Below the pieces are notes generated by a model that saw only the letters and a list, made by a program, of their open reading frames with translations, searched no databases and was not told where the DNA came from. A DNA stretch of 32,000 nt from Propionibacteriaceae bacterium. Its GTDB lineage: Bacteria; Actinomycetota; Actinomycetes; Propionibacteriales; Propionibacteriaceae. Both the position numbers and the translations under genes were made by a program. The DNA lies in the NCBI GenBank assembly GCA_031256725.1, contig JAIRQE010000010.1, positions 17,194 through 49,193 of the forward strand, given 5' to 3'. Positions 16,625 to 23,678 of the stretch are shown piece after piece. Numbering within the stretch: position 1 is the stretch's first letter; every line of letters begins with the position of its first letter.

Positions 16625-16727
16625 GTCAAGACCCCTTTCATGTCCGAGTGACTCGTGAGTCACATGTGGTTTCGTCTTTCTCCCGATGTCGTCGCGGGGC
16701 CACCGGGCTAGCACACCGATGTGTGCT

Positions 16728-16754
16728 TTAGCATTCTCACATTGAGAGTGCTAA
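16728..16754. promoter_or_regulatory. CIRCE operator (HrcA binding site) 1
   Basis: TTAGCATTC-tcacattga-GAGTGCTAA matches the consensus TTAGCACTC-N9-GAGTGCTAA. Confidence 0.9.
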
Positions 16755-16773
16755 GAGAAATCTACACCCTCAA

Positions 16774-16800
16774 TTAGCACTCCGACAAGTAGAGTGCTAG
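16774..16800. promoter_or_regulatory. CIRCE operator (HrcA binding site) 2
   Basis: TTAGCACTC-cgacaagta-GAGTGCTAG. Confidence 0.9.
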
Positions 16801-16866
16801 GTACGCGAGTCGCGAACTGTCCACGTTGAACATATCTAGGATCACCGGACTAGCAAAGGATCAAGG

Positions 16867-17058
16867 CTATTCGCTTTTCTTGGTTGTGATGATGGTTGGG
16901 ATGGTCATGGCAGAGACGGCCACAAGCATGATGAGTGGGAGCCTGATGTCGGACCAGAAATCGCCCATTTTGAGGAAGCATCGGGTGATAATGATGTAGA
17001 TCAGATGGATGATCGGGATGCACTCAGGGACAACAGTGAAAACTTTCACACGTATCAT
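16867..17058 (-). CDS. possible small hydrophobic (two-helix) membrane protein
   Basis: This 63-aa ORF in an AT-rich patch has two hydrophobic stretches (VFTVVPECIPIIHLIYIIIT and LPLIMLVAVSAMTIPTIITT). A - strand TATAGT (17072..17067) lies 8 nt before its ATG. I recognise no homology. Confidence 0.3.
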   Translation of the reverse strand: MIRVKVFTVVPECIPIIHLIYIIITRCFLKMGDFWSDIRLPLIMLVAVSAMTIPTIITTKKSE

Positions 17059-17237
17059 TTATAGATACTATAATGATAGTGTGAACATGGCGATTGTGTA
17101 CATGATTAACTAGGAAAAAGTGTATATACACTACATAATTAAGTGGCAAAAATGTATGTAAGGTACACAAAACCCCGGATAAAACTGTTGGTTCTTGGGA
17201 TGGTGGGAAAGTCGTACGCACGTACTATCCTTAAGAC

Positions 17238-17981
17238 ATGCTTATTGTGACCACACTTGAGATTCCGGGATACAAGATTGATGCTGTCCTTGGCGAGGTC
17301 ATGGGAATGACTGTCCGCAGCGCTACTAGTGGCGCGAACCTGGCTGGCGTTAACGGGAGGGGAGAGATCTCGGAGTACACAAACATGGTCTACGAATCCA
17401 GGAACCAGGTGATGCAAAGGATGTGGGATCAATGCGTCCAGCGGGGTGGTAATGCCATTGTAGGTATGAGGTTCGATACGGCCGATATCGCGGCTTCCTT
17501 TTCGGAGGTGTGCGCTTATGGTACGGCAGTGGTCATTCGCCCTATAGCTACTGAGGTGCAAGGGGGTACTCCCCAATCTATTGCTCATGCGGCGGGCCAG
17601 CCGAACCCGGGAATTCCTAGTCCTCAGCCACAGGGGTACGCTCCCCAACAACCTCAGGAATATGCCCCACAGCAGGTGCAGGACTATCCACAAGCCCAGG
17701 AATATCCGCGAGTTCAGGAGTATCCCCAGCAAGTACAGGGATACACTTTGCAGCCTGAGGAGTACCAGCAAGGCTATGCTCCACAACCTGCGGAGTACCA
17801 GCAAGGGTATGCTCCCCAGCAAGTACAGGAGTACCCACTTCAGGAGTTTGTCTCCCAGCCGGAATACCCACCCATTTCACAGGGATCCCCTCTGGGGCAG
17901 GGTGCCCCAGCTCCGGCGTCTCAGTTTGGTCAGCCTCAGCCGTACCCGCAGCAGTCTTTTGGGCAATCTGATTTTCACTGA
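17238..17981 (+). CDS. YbjQ/UPF0145 (DUF74) domain protein with a ~140-aa Q/P/Y-rich repeat tail
   Basis: The N-terminal ~105 aa, MLIVTTLEIPGYKIDAVLGEVMGMTVRS...GGNAIVGMRFDT...AYGTAVVI, match the YbjQ pattern. The C-terminal half consists of degenerate (E/G)Y(A)PQQ(V)Q repeats. Confidence 0.85.
   Translation: MLIVTTLEIPGYKIDAVLGEVMGMTVRSATSGANLAGVNGRGEISEYTNMVYESRNQVMQRMWDQCVQRGGNAIVGMRFDTADIAASFSEVCAYGTAVVIRPIATEVQGGTPQSIAHAAGQPNPGIPSPQPQGYAPQQPQEYAPQQVQDYPQAQEYPRVQEYPQQVQGYTLQPEEYQQGYAPQPAEYQQGYAPQQVQEYPLQEFVSQPEYPPISQGSPLGQGAPAPASQFGQPQPYPQQSFGQSDFH
17760..17825 (+). repeat. in-frame 33-bp tandem repeat (EYQQGYAPQxx x2) inside the YbjQ tail
   Basis: gagtaccagcaaggctatgctccacaacctgcg is followed by gagtaccagcaagggtatgctccccagcaagta. 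The surrounding ~280 bp is built from shorter degenerate versions. Confidence 0.85.
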
Positions 17982-18046
17982 ACCAAGAATTTTCGTGACA
18001 GAGGGACAGGTCGCGTCACATGGGGTTGAAGGTGTCAGGGGATGAG

Positions 18047-18144
18047 GTGACAGGGGAGGTATCTCTTGGCACAGCATCCCTAGTCACGCGAGAGATTCTA
18101 GTATTCAGATCTGAAGATGTGTCAAGAGATATCTCCCCTGACAC
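18047..18144 (+). other. long imperfect inverted repeat / putative structured RNA element between ybjQ-like gene and mshA
   Basis: caggggaggtatctcttggcac (18051-18072) pairs with gtgtcaagagatatctcccctg (18119-18140). All 22 positions pair, and two of the pairs are G:U only on the + strand. The loop contains the perfect palindrome ttcagatctgaa (18104-18115). Confidence 0.6.
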
Positions 18145-18172
18145 ACCGGCTCACCGTCTTGACGTACCTCAG

Positions 18173-18178
18173 TAGAAT
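18173..18178 (+). promoter_or_regulatory. -10 box TAGAAT of a leaderless mshA transcript
   Basis: TAGAAT is followed by 6 nt (ggaatc) and the ATG at 18185. There is no SD. Confidence 0.5.
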
Positions 18179-18184
18179 GGAATC

Positions 18185-19369
18185 ATGTCAGTCTCAACCT
18201 CTCATCGAATAGCCATGGTTTCCATGCATACTTCTCCGCTTGAAGCTCCAGGATCGGCAGATGCAGGAGGGATGAATATCGTCGAGTACCATGCTGCATT
18301 GGCTCTAGCCAAACTGGGTTACGAGGTGGATCTGCTCACACGACGTCATGATATGGCTCAGCCGGATACTGTCGAGGTTGCTCCCGGGGTGCGGGTTCTT
18401 CATCTGAGGGCTGGGCCGGCTCGTACCCTGCCAAAATCGGACATCGATCAATATATCCCCGAGTTCTCTGAGGCTCTGGAGCAGGTTCAAGGATATGATC
18501 TCTACCATTCTCATCACTGGATGAGTGGGGTGGCGGCCTTGGATCTGGCTAGGAATCGCGGGGTACCCCACGTGACGAGTTTCCACTCGTTGGCAGCCTA
18601 TCCCGGTGAGGGGCTCAGTGAGGGGGAGCAGGCTGAGACCCCGAATCGACTGTGGGGTGAGGCCCGGTTGGCTCAAGAATCTGATCAGGTGATTGCGATC
18701 TCGGCGGCGGAAACCAGAACGGTGATCGACCGCTGTGGTGCCAATCCCGACATTGTAACGATCATTGCGCCCGGGGTTGATCTGGACCTCTTCCGCCCCC
18801 AACCGAAACTAGATGAGCGCCCCTACCTCGCTTTTGCGGCCAGACTCCATCCGCTCAAGGGGGTCGACCTCGCCATCACATCCCTGGCGATGATTGCCCC
18901 TGAGATCAGGCCACGTTTAGTGATCAGCGGTGCCGACTCTATGGATGTGGCAGGTTATGCGGATCATCTCAAGGATTTGGTACGAACCCATGGCCTCAAT
19001 GAGGATGTGAGTTTCATTGGGCCACAGTCCCGCGCCCAGTTGGCCGAGTTGTTTTCACTGGCGGCGCTGGTACTCATACCCTCCTATTCGGAGACCTTCG
19101 GTCTTGTTGCGCTCGAAGCTGCAGCCTGTGGTACCCCTGTGGTTGCCTCAGCTACAGGTGGACTCATGGAGGCAGTGGTTCACGGTGAGACGGGGCAACT
19201 CATGGATTCGCGGGAATCCGAGTACTGGGCACGAGCCATCAGTCTGCTGTTGACGAACCCTGAGAAACTCACTCGTATGGGTACTGTCGCCAGGGTACAC
19301 GCGCGCCGATTCACGTGGGATCTCATGGCGCGACGGATCTCAGACGTCTACGAGAGCCTCATTCGATGA
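18185..19369 (+). CDS. mshA: D-inositol-3-phosphate glycosyltransferase (MshA-like GT4)
   Basis: IAMVSMHTSPLEAPGSADAGGMNIV matches the MshA N-terminal signature (V..S.HTSPL.QPG.GD.GGMNVY). The C-terminal GT4 motif is ETFGLVALEAAACGTPVVA..GGL. Confidence 0.78.
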   Translation: MSVSTSHRIAMVSMHTSPLEAPGSADAGGMNIVEYHAALALAKLGYEVDLLTRRHDMAQPDTVEVAPGVRVLHLRAGPARTLPKSDIDQYIPEFSEALEQVQGYDLYHSHHWMSGVAALDLARNRGVPHVTSFHSLAAYPGEGLSEGEQAETPNRLWGEARLAQESDQVIAISAAETRTVIDRCGANPDIVTIIAPGVDLDLFRPQPKLDERPYLAFAARLHPLKGVDLAITSLAMIAPEIRPRLVISGADSMDVAGYADHLKDLVRTHGLNEDVSFIGPQSRAQLAELFSLAALVLIPSYSETFGLVALEAAACGTPVVASATGGLMEAVVHGETGQLMDSRESEYWARAISLLLTNPEKLTRMGTVARVHARRFTWDLMARRISDVYESLIR

Positions 19370-20100
19370 GGTACCTCTTCATCCACGCCCATCCCGATGA
19401 TGAGACCCTTTCAACGGGTACGATCATTGCCTGCCTGGTTGCTGGGGGACATGAGGTACTCGTTCTGACGGCCACTCGTGGTGAGATGGGAATGGCCATC
19501 GAGGGGAGCCTGAATGAGGGGCAGGATCTCGCACAGGTACGAGAAACTGAGCGGATCCGAGCCCTTCACGCCTTGGGGGCTGTGGATGCTGGATGGCTGG
19601 GCGCGTACCCTAACCGGAATCCCAACCATCCTGAGCGACGATATCGCGATTCAGGGATGGAATGGGTCACGCCCACTATTGCTGGCCCGAGCCCAGATTC
19701 GACTCCAGACAGTTTCTGTCAGGCGAATACGGATGAGATTCTGGACGACCTTGAGGCGGCTATAGGGCATCATCTCCCTGATGTCCTCGTATCCTATGAC
19801 TCTACAGGCGGCTACGGGCATCCTGATCACGTACGCTGCCACGAGGTTGCCAAGCAGGTGGCCCGAACCTGTGGGATTCCTTGCGGGGAGATTCACACCA
19901 CATCAACACCAACAGGTACCCGAGGTTCATGGGAGGAATCCTTCGACGCGCACGAATGTGGGGGAGGGGTACTCGTGGGAAAAATCCTTGATGCCCACCG
20001 TTCATATCCAACACAATTCACGGTTGACAAGGGAAAAATCATTCACGTCGGAGGCCAGGAACAGGAAGTGATCCTTTCGGGAAGGCTTTCCTTCCCCTGA
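19366..20100 (+). CDS. mshB: LmbE/PIG-L family N-acetylglucosaminyl deacetylase (MshB/Mca-like)
   Basis: MRYLFIHAHPDDETLSTG, RYRDSGM and GGYGHPDHV are the MshB/LmbE zinc-site motifs. The start ATG at 19366 overlaps the mshA stop (ATGA). I reject the ORF-track start at 19315. Confidence 0.7.
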   Translation: MRYLFIHAHPDDETLSTGTIIACLVAGGHEVLVLTATRGEMGMAIEGSLNEGQDLAQVRETERIRALHALGAVDAGWLGAYPNRNPNHPERRYRDSGMEWVTPTIAGPSPDSTPDSFCQANTDEILDDLEAAIGHHLPDVLVSYDSTGGYGHPDHVRCHEVAKQVARTCGIPCGEIHTTSTPTGTRGSWEESFDAHECGGGVLVGKILDAHRSYPTQFTVDKGKIIHVGGQEQEVILSGRLSFP

Positions 20101-20162
20101 ATGAATAGGTGTCACAGGTTGGGAACCGCTACCATGGATGGACAACCCGCAACGGAGGTACC

Positions 20163-20876
20163 ATGTCAAACATCTACGACGAGAACTCGGATCAGACTAC
20201 GAACAGCCCACTGGAATCCCTAGACCTCGGTTCAAGCGGTTTTGAACCGACACCAGCCGCTCCGCAATTCGTTAACCCCTTCGCCACGGATACTGGGTAT
20301 ACTCCAGCTGCTCCGATCAGTGGTACAGATCCCTACGCTGCGCCGCCATCCTACGCTCAGCCAGCACCGGAATCCTATGACCAGGCCATTCCCTATGCTC
20401 AGCCGACGGATCCCTATAACCAGTCACAGGCCTACCAGGCCCAAACCTATCCGCCACAGCCACAGACCCACCCTGGTTACAGTGTCTATGATTCGCCACA
20501 GTACCCAGGCCAGCAGCAGTACCCTGTACCTCCACAGTTCCAGGGTCAGCAAGCATATGCGGTACAGCCCTATCAAGGTGGCCCGCAGATGGCGGGAGCA
20601 CTCATACCTGGGACATCAGTACAAACCCCCTATGGAACCTTTTTTGTTGGCCACAAATCCAAGCTTGCTGCTGGGTTGTTGGGACTCTTCCTAGGCTCCA
20701 TTGGTGTGGGGCGCTTCTATCGAGGTCATGTGGGTCTTGGTGTTGCCCAAATCGCTGTGACCATAGTTACTTGTGGGTTTGGGGCTCTCTGGGGATTCAT
20801 CGAAGGAATCCTTGTTCTCGTTGCCCAGCCAGGGTCTCCTTCATCCTTGGATTCTGGTAATAATATTATGATTTAG
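20163..20876 (+). CDS. TM2 domain membrane protein with P/Q/Y-rich N-terminal region
   Basis: The C-terminus KSKLAAGLLGLFLGSIGVGRFYRGHVGLGVAQIAVTIVTCGFGALWGFIEGILVLV is a TM2 domain. The start is placed at 20163 because ggagg lies 5 nt upstream. The ORF-track GTG at 20109 is less likely. Confidence 0.85.
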   Translation: MSNIYDENSDQTTNSPLESLDLGSSGFEPTPAAPQFVNPFATDTGYTPAAPISGTDPYAAPPSYAQPAPESYDQAIPYAQPTDPYNQSQAYQAQTYPPQPQTHPGYSVYDSPQYPGQQQYPVPPQFQGQQAYAVQPYQGGPQMAGALIPGTSVQTPYGTFFVGHKSKLAAGLLGLFLGSIGVGRFYRGHVGLGVAQIAVTIVTCGFGALWGFIEGILVLVAQPGSPSSLDSGNNIMI

Positions 20877-20894
20877 GTTTTGTGTCCAGCGAGG

Positions 20895-20992
20895 GTGGGT
20901 ACTTCTATTCTAGATACGCTCACGGAGTTGTTCCCTGGAAGGGAAACAACTCCTCCGCTCGGGAATACGGCCCAGAACAGAAGTACCCCCAC
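20895..20992 (+). repeat. structured intergenic repeat element, copy A (nested inverted repeats)
   Basis: The outer arms are gtgggtacttctattctag (20895-20913) and ccagaacagaagtacccccac (20972-20992). The inner hairpin ggagttgttccc-tggaa-gggaaacaactcc lies at 20924-20953. The core 20941-20970 is 29/30 identical to the reverse complement of 24888-24917. Confidence 0.85.
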
Positions 20993-21053
20993 TGTCACAT
21001 CGGCCTCCTGACAACACATCTACGTGTCGCATCTACGAACCGGCCCCGCTCAT

Positions 21054-22130
21054 CTATTGGGTTGAGTCTATGGTGGCGGAGCCTATTACTTGGGTACCTT
21101 TGTAGATTACGGCGGCTTGGCCGGGGGCTATTCCGTAGCTGGGGAATTCTAGGGTGATAGAGATTCCGTCGGATTGGATGGTGATGAGGGCTGGTACTTC
21201 TGTGGCGTGGGCTCGAAGTTGTACTGTTGCTTGAAAGGGATGATTTGGGGGATTGTCACACCATAGGGGGTTGATTCCGTGGAGGGAGTGGACCTGGAGG
21301 TGTTCACGGGGGCCTACGATGACGCGGTTTTCGACTGGGTCCAGGCGTAGAACATAGCGGGGGTTGCCATCAGCGGCTGGTACACCCAGTCCAAGACCCT
21401 TGCGTTGGCCGATGGTGTAGGTAAAGATGCCTTGGTGATGACCGAGGACTGTACCGTCTTCGTCTTGGATCTCTCCATGGGCGTACCCAAGTTTTTCGTG
21501 GAGGTACTCGGCTGTATCACCCTCAGGTATGAAACAGATGTCATATGAATCGGGTTTGTCGGCGACTCGGATTCCGCGCTCGTGGGCCTCCCGGCGTACC
21601 TCTTCTTTGAGGGAACCGCCTAGAGGGAAGAGGCAATGTTGAAGCTGGGTCTGAGTCAGGACGCCTAAAACATAGCTTTGGTCCTTGGCCTGATCAAGGC
21701 TGCGATGGAGCTCGACCACACCATCATCTCTCGTCTTAAGTTGGGCATAATGCCCTGTCACCACACCATCGAAGCCGAGGGCCAAGGCGCGGTCACACAC
21801 AGCAGCGAACTTGATCTTTTCGTTGCAGCGAAGACAGGGGTTGGGGGTACGACCGCAGGAGTACTCGGCAAGGAAATCCTGGAGCACCTCTTCCTCAAAC
21901 TCTTTGGACAGGTCCCAGATATAGAAGGGGATACCCAGGTGGGCAGCAACACGGCCAGCATCATTGGCATCCTCCAGGGAACAGCATCCCCGAGAACCCG
22001 TACGAAAGGTGGCAGGGTTGCGGGTCAAGGCGAGGTGGATTGCGGTGACCTCGTGGCCTGCGTCCACTGTGCGAGCTGCTGCCACAGCGGAGTCAACTCC
22101 ACCCGATAATGCAGCAATCAAGCGGGCCAT
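21054..22130 (-). CDS. mnmA: tRNA 2-thiouridine(34) synthase MnmA
   Basis: MARLIAALSGGVDSAVAAA contains the PP-loop SGGVDS. Also present are NPCLRCNEKIKF and QSYVL. The start overlaps the stop of the upstream cysteine desulfurase gene (TGATG). Confidence 0.95.
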   Translation of the reverse strand: MARLIAALSGGVDSAVAAARTVDAGHEVTAIHLALTRNPATFRTGSRGCCSLEDANDAGRVAAHLGIPFYIWDLSKEFEEEVLQDFLAEYSCGRTPNPCLRCNEKIKFAAVCDRALALGFDGVVTGHYAQLKTRDDGVVELHRSLDQAKDQSYVLGVLTQTQLQHCLFPLGGSLKEEVRREAHERGIRVADKPDSYDICFIPEGDTAEYLHEKLGYAHGEIQDEDGTVLGHHQGIFTYTIGQRKGLGLGVPAADGNPRYVLRLDPVENRVIVGPREHLQVHSLHGINPLWCDNPPNHPFQATVQLRAHATEVPALITIQSDGISITLEFPSYGIAPGQAAVIYKGTQVIGSATIDSTQ

Positions 22131-23422
22131 CAGAGTGTTCTCGCTTGCGTAAGGGCCTTCGGCAACCCATCGGCTAGGGCATCAAGATCTTCATCAGTGG
22201 TAGGCCATCCCAGGGAGAAGCGTAGGCCAGTGAGCGCCTGTACTTCGGTGTACCCCAAGGCGAGGAGAACATGAGAAGGCTGAGGGATTCCAGCAGTACA
22301 AGCCGCCCCAGTGGAAACAAAGATCCCCTGAGCATCAAGGAGTTGTACGAGATCCTGTCCCCGACACCCCTCAAAGAGTGCATAAGTAATGGAACTATGG
22401 TGACTCCCATGCTCTTTTTTTTCCCAAAAACTCCCTGATTCCTCGGTCACCTTTCCACAATTGTGAAGTTGTGTACCTCCAGTGGCCCCAAATCCCGACC
22501 GAAGTTCACAATCCTTCGCATCAACCCCCATAGCGAAGGGGATCTGTGGACCTGTGTCTCCATGATTGGGTACAACCTGAGCCCCCACATCCAACAGAAT
22601 CTGTCTCAATCGGGTGGCTAGATGTGTGATGCGGGAGTACTCCACCTCGGCTTGGGTGCGGGCCTCGACAAGGGCTTGGGCGAAGCCAGCGACCAAAGCA
22701 ACCGGAATCGTACCAGAGCGGAGTTTCTTCTCCTGTCCACCACCAAAAGAGATGGGAGTGAGCTTCGTACCTCTGGGAAGGATGAGTGCGCCAATCCCCA
22801 TGGGGCCGCCAACCTTGTGAGCCGAAATACTGAAAGAGCCCGGGCATCGACTCCCGTGAACAAGAAGGGAGCCGGCTTGGATGGCATCGCAGTGGAAGGG
22901 GATGGAGCGGGATCCAAACAGATCACCAATCGAAGGGATGTCGGTGATGGTGCCAATCTCGTTGTTAACCCACATGCATGACCCCAGTGCCAAGCTTGAA
23001 TGATGGCGATCCACCAGGTCAGTCGTACTGTCATAATCAACGGAACCGTCGCTTCGTACAACCAAATCAAGAACAGAAAAACCATCGTTGACAAGCCAGT
23101 ACGCAGCATCCAAGACGCTGTGATGCTCAACAGGGCTGACGAGAATCTGGTTACGGTTCGGATTATCCTCTCGCTGGGCACGGGCCATACCAAGGATGGC
23201 CATATTATTGGCCTCGGTACCCCCAGAGGTGAAAATCACGTCAGTTGGATGTACCCCGAGGATCTCTGCGATGGTTTCTCGGGAGTCTTCGACAATTCGG
23301 CGAGCCTCACGTCCTGCCCCATGGATGGAGGAAGGATTACCCACGATCTGGGAGTGGTTCGCCCAGGCGTCAGCAGCAGACTCCCGGATGGGGGTCGTGG
23401 CAGCATGGTCGAGATAGTTCAT
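22130..23422 (-). CDS. cysteine desulfurase (NifS/IscS family)
   Basis: MNYLDHAATTP is followed by the PLP-lysine motif SISAHKVGGP and the active-site loop STGAACTAG. The preferred start is at 23422 (MNYLDHAATT), and 23440 remains possible. An extra segment lies before the active-site region (see findings). Confidence 0.9.
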   Translation of the reverse strand: MNYLDHAATTPIRESAADAWANHSQIVGNPSSIHGAGREARRIVEDSRETIAEILGVHPTDVIFTSGGTEANNMAILGMARAQREDNPNRNQILVSPVEHHSVLDAAYWLVNDGFSVLDLVVRSDGSVDYDSTTDLVDRHHSSLALGSCMWVNNEIGTITDIPSIGDLFGSRSIPFHCDAIQAGSLLVHGSRCPGSFSISAHKVGGPMGIGALILPRGTKLTPISFGGGQEKKLRSGTIPVALVAGFAQALVEARTQAEVEYSRITHLATRLRQILLDVGAQVVPNHGDTGPQIPFAMGVDAKDCELRSGFGATGGTQLHNCGKVTEESGSFWEKKEHGSHHSSITYALFEGCRGQDLVQLLDAQGIFVSTGAACTAGIPQPSHVLLALGYTEVQALTGLRFSLGWPTTDEDLDALADGLPKALTQARTL

Positions 23423-23678
23423 CGACACCCATTCTCTCATTGTCAGTGAACCTCGTCACGTTCGCAGGCCTGGACTAGACGCCTGGGGATTCATGGGCTG
23501 GTCGAATGTAGGCGACCAACCCAAACGCGTAGACCAGGCGCGCTGGGGATTCAGTTTCAATTTCGGTACAGGGCAGGCAGCGCATTAAAAGAATGAAACC
23601 AAGAGTTAATCATGGGATCGAGTAAATTCATGGTAGGCCATAGTAGGGTAGATCAGAGCAGTTCATTGTGACACCGAC

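Noticed and set aside
16625-16714. N-terminal extensions in the ORF track: groES to 16714, patatin to 26303, aspC to 25137, mshB to 19315, TM2 to 20109, HAD to 6037, paralogue 4 to 5492, permease to 8352
   Set aside because: In each case the family-typical N-terminus begins at an internal start. That start has an SD, a leaderless -10 box or a stop/start overlap. The extension runs through regulatory DNA or the upstream gene.
17139-17822. 227-aa - strand ORF opposite the ybjQ-like gene
   Set aside because: It is created by the reverse complement of the Q/P/Y repeat region (L/W/R-rich repeats). The + strand frame has a genuine YbjQ domain.
18159-18164. TTGACG as the -35 box of the mshA promoter
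   Set aside because: It lies only 8 nt upstream of the TAGAAT -10 box, far from the 16-18 nt spacing required.
20882-21157. 91-aa ORF (and the 150-aa ORF 24620-25072 on the - strand) sharing the peptide GNN(S/C)SAREYG(P/S)(E/Q)Q(K/M)Y
   Set aside because: The shared peptide comes from translating the same nested-hairpin DNA repeat in its two orientations. The similarity stops at the repeat borders, neither ORF has an RBS, and 20882-21157 also overlaps the 3' end of mnmA. I treat both as non-coding repeats (see findings).
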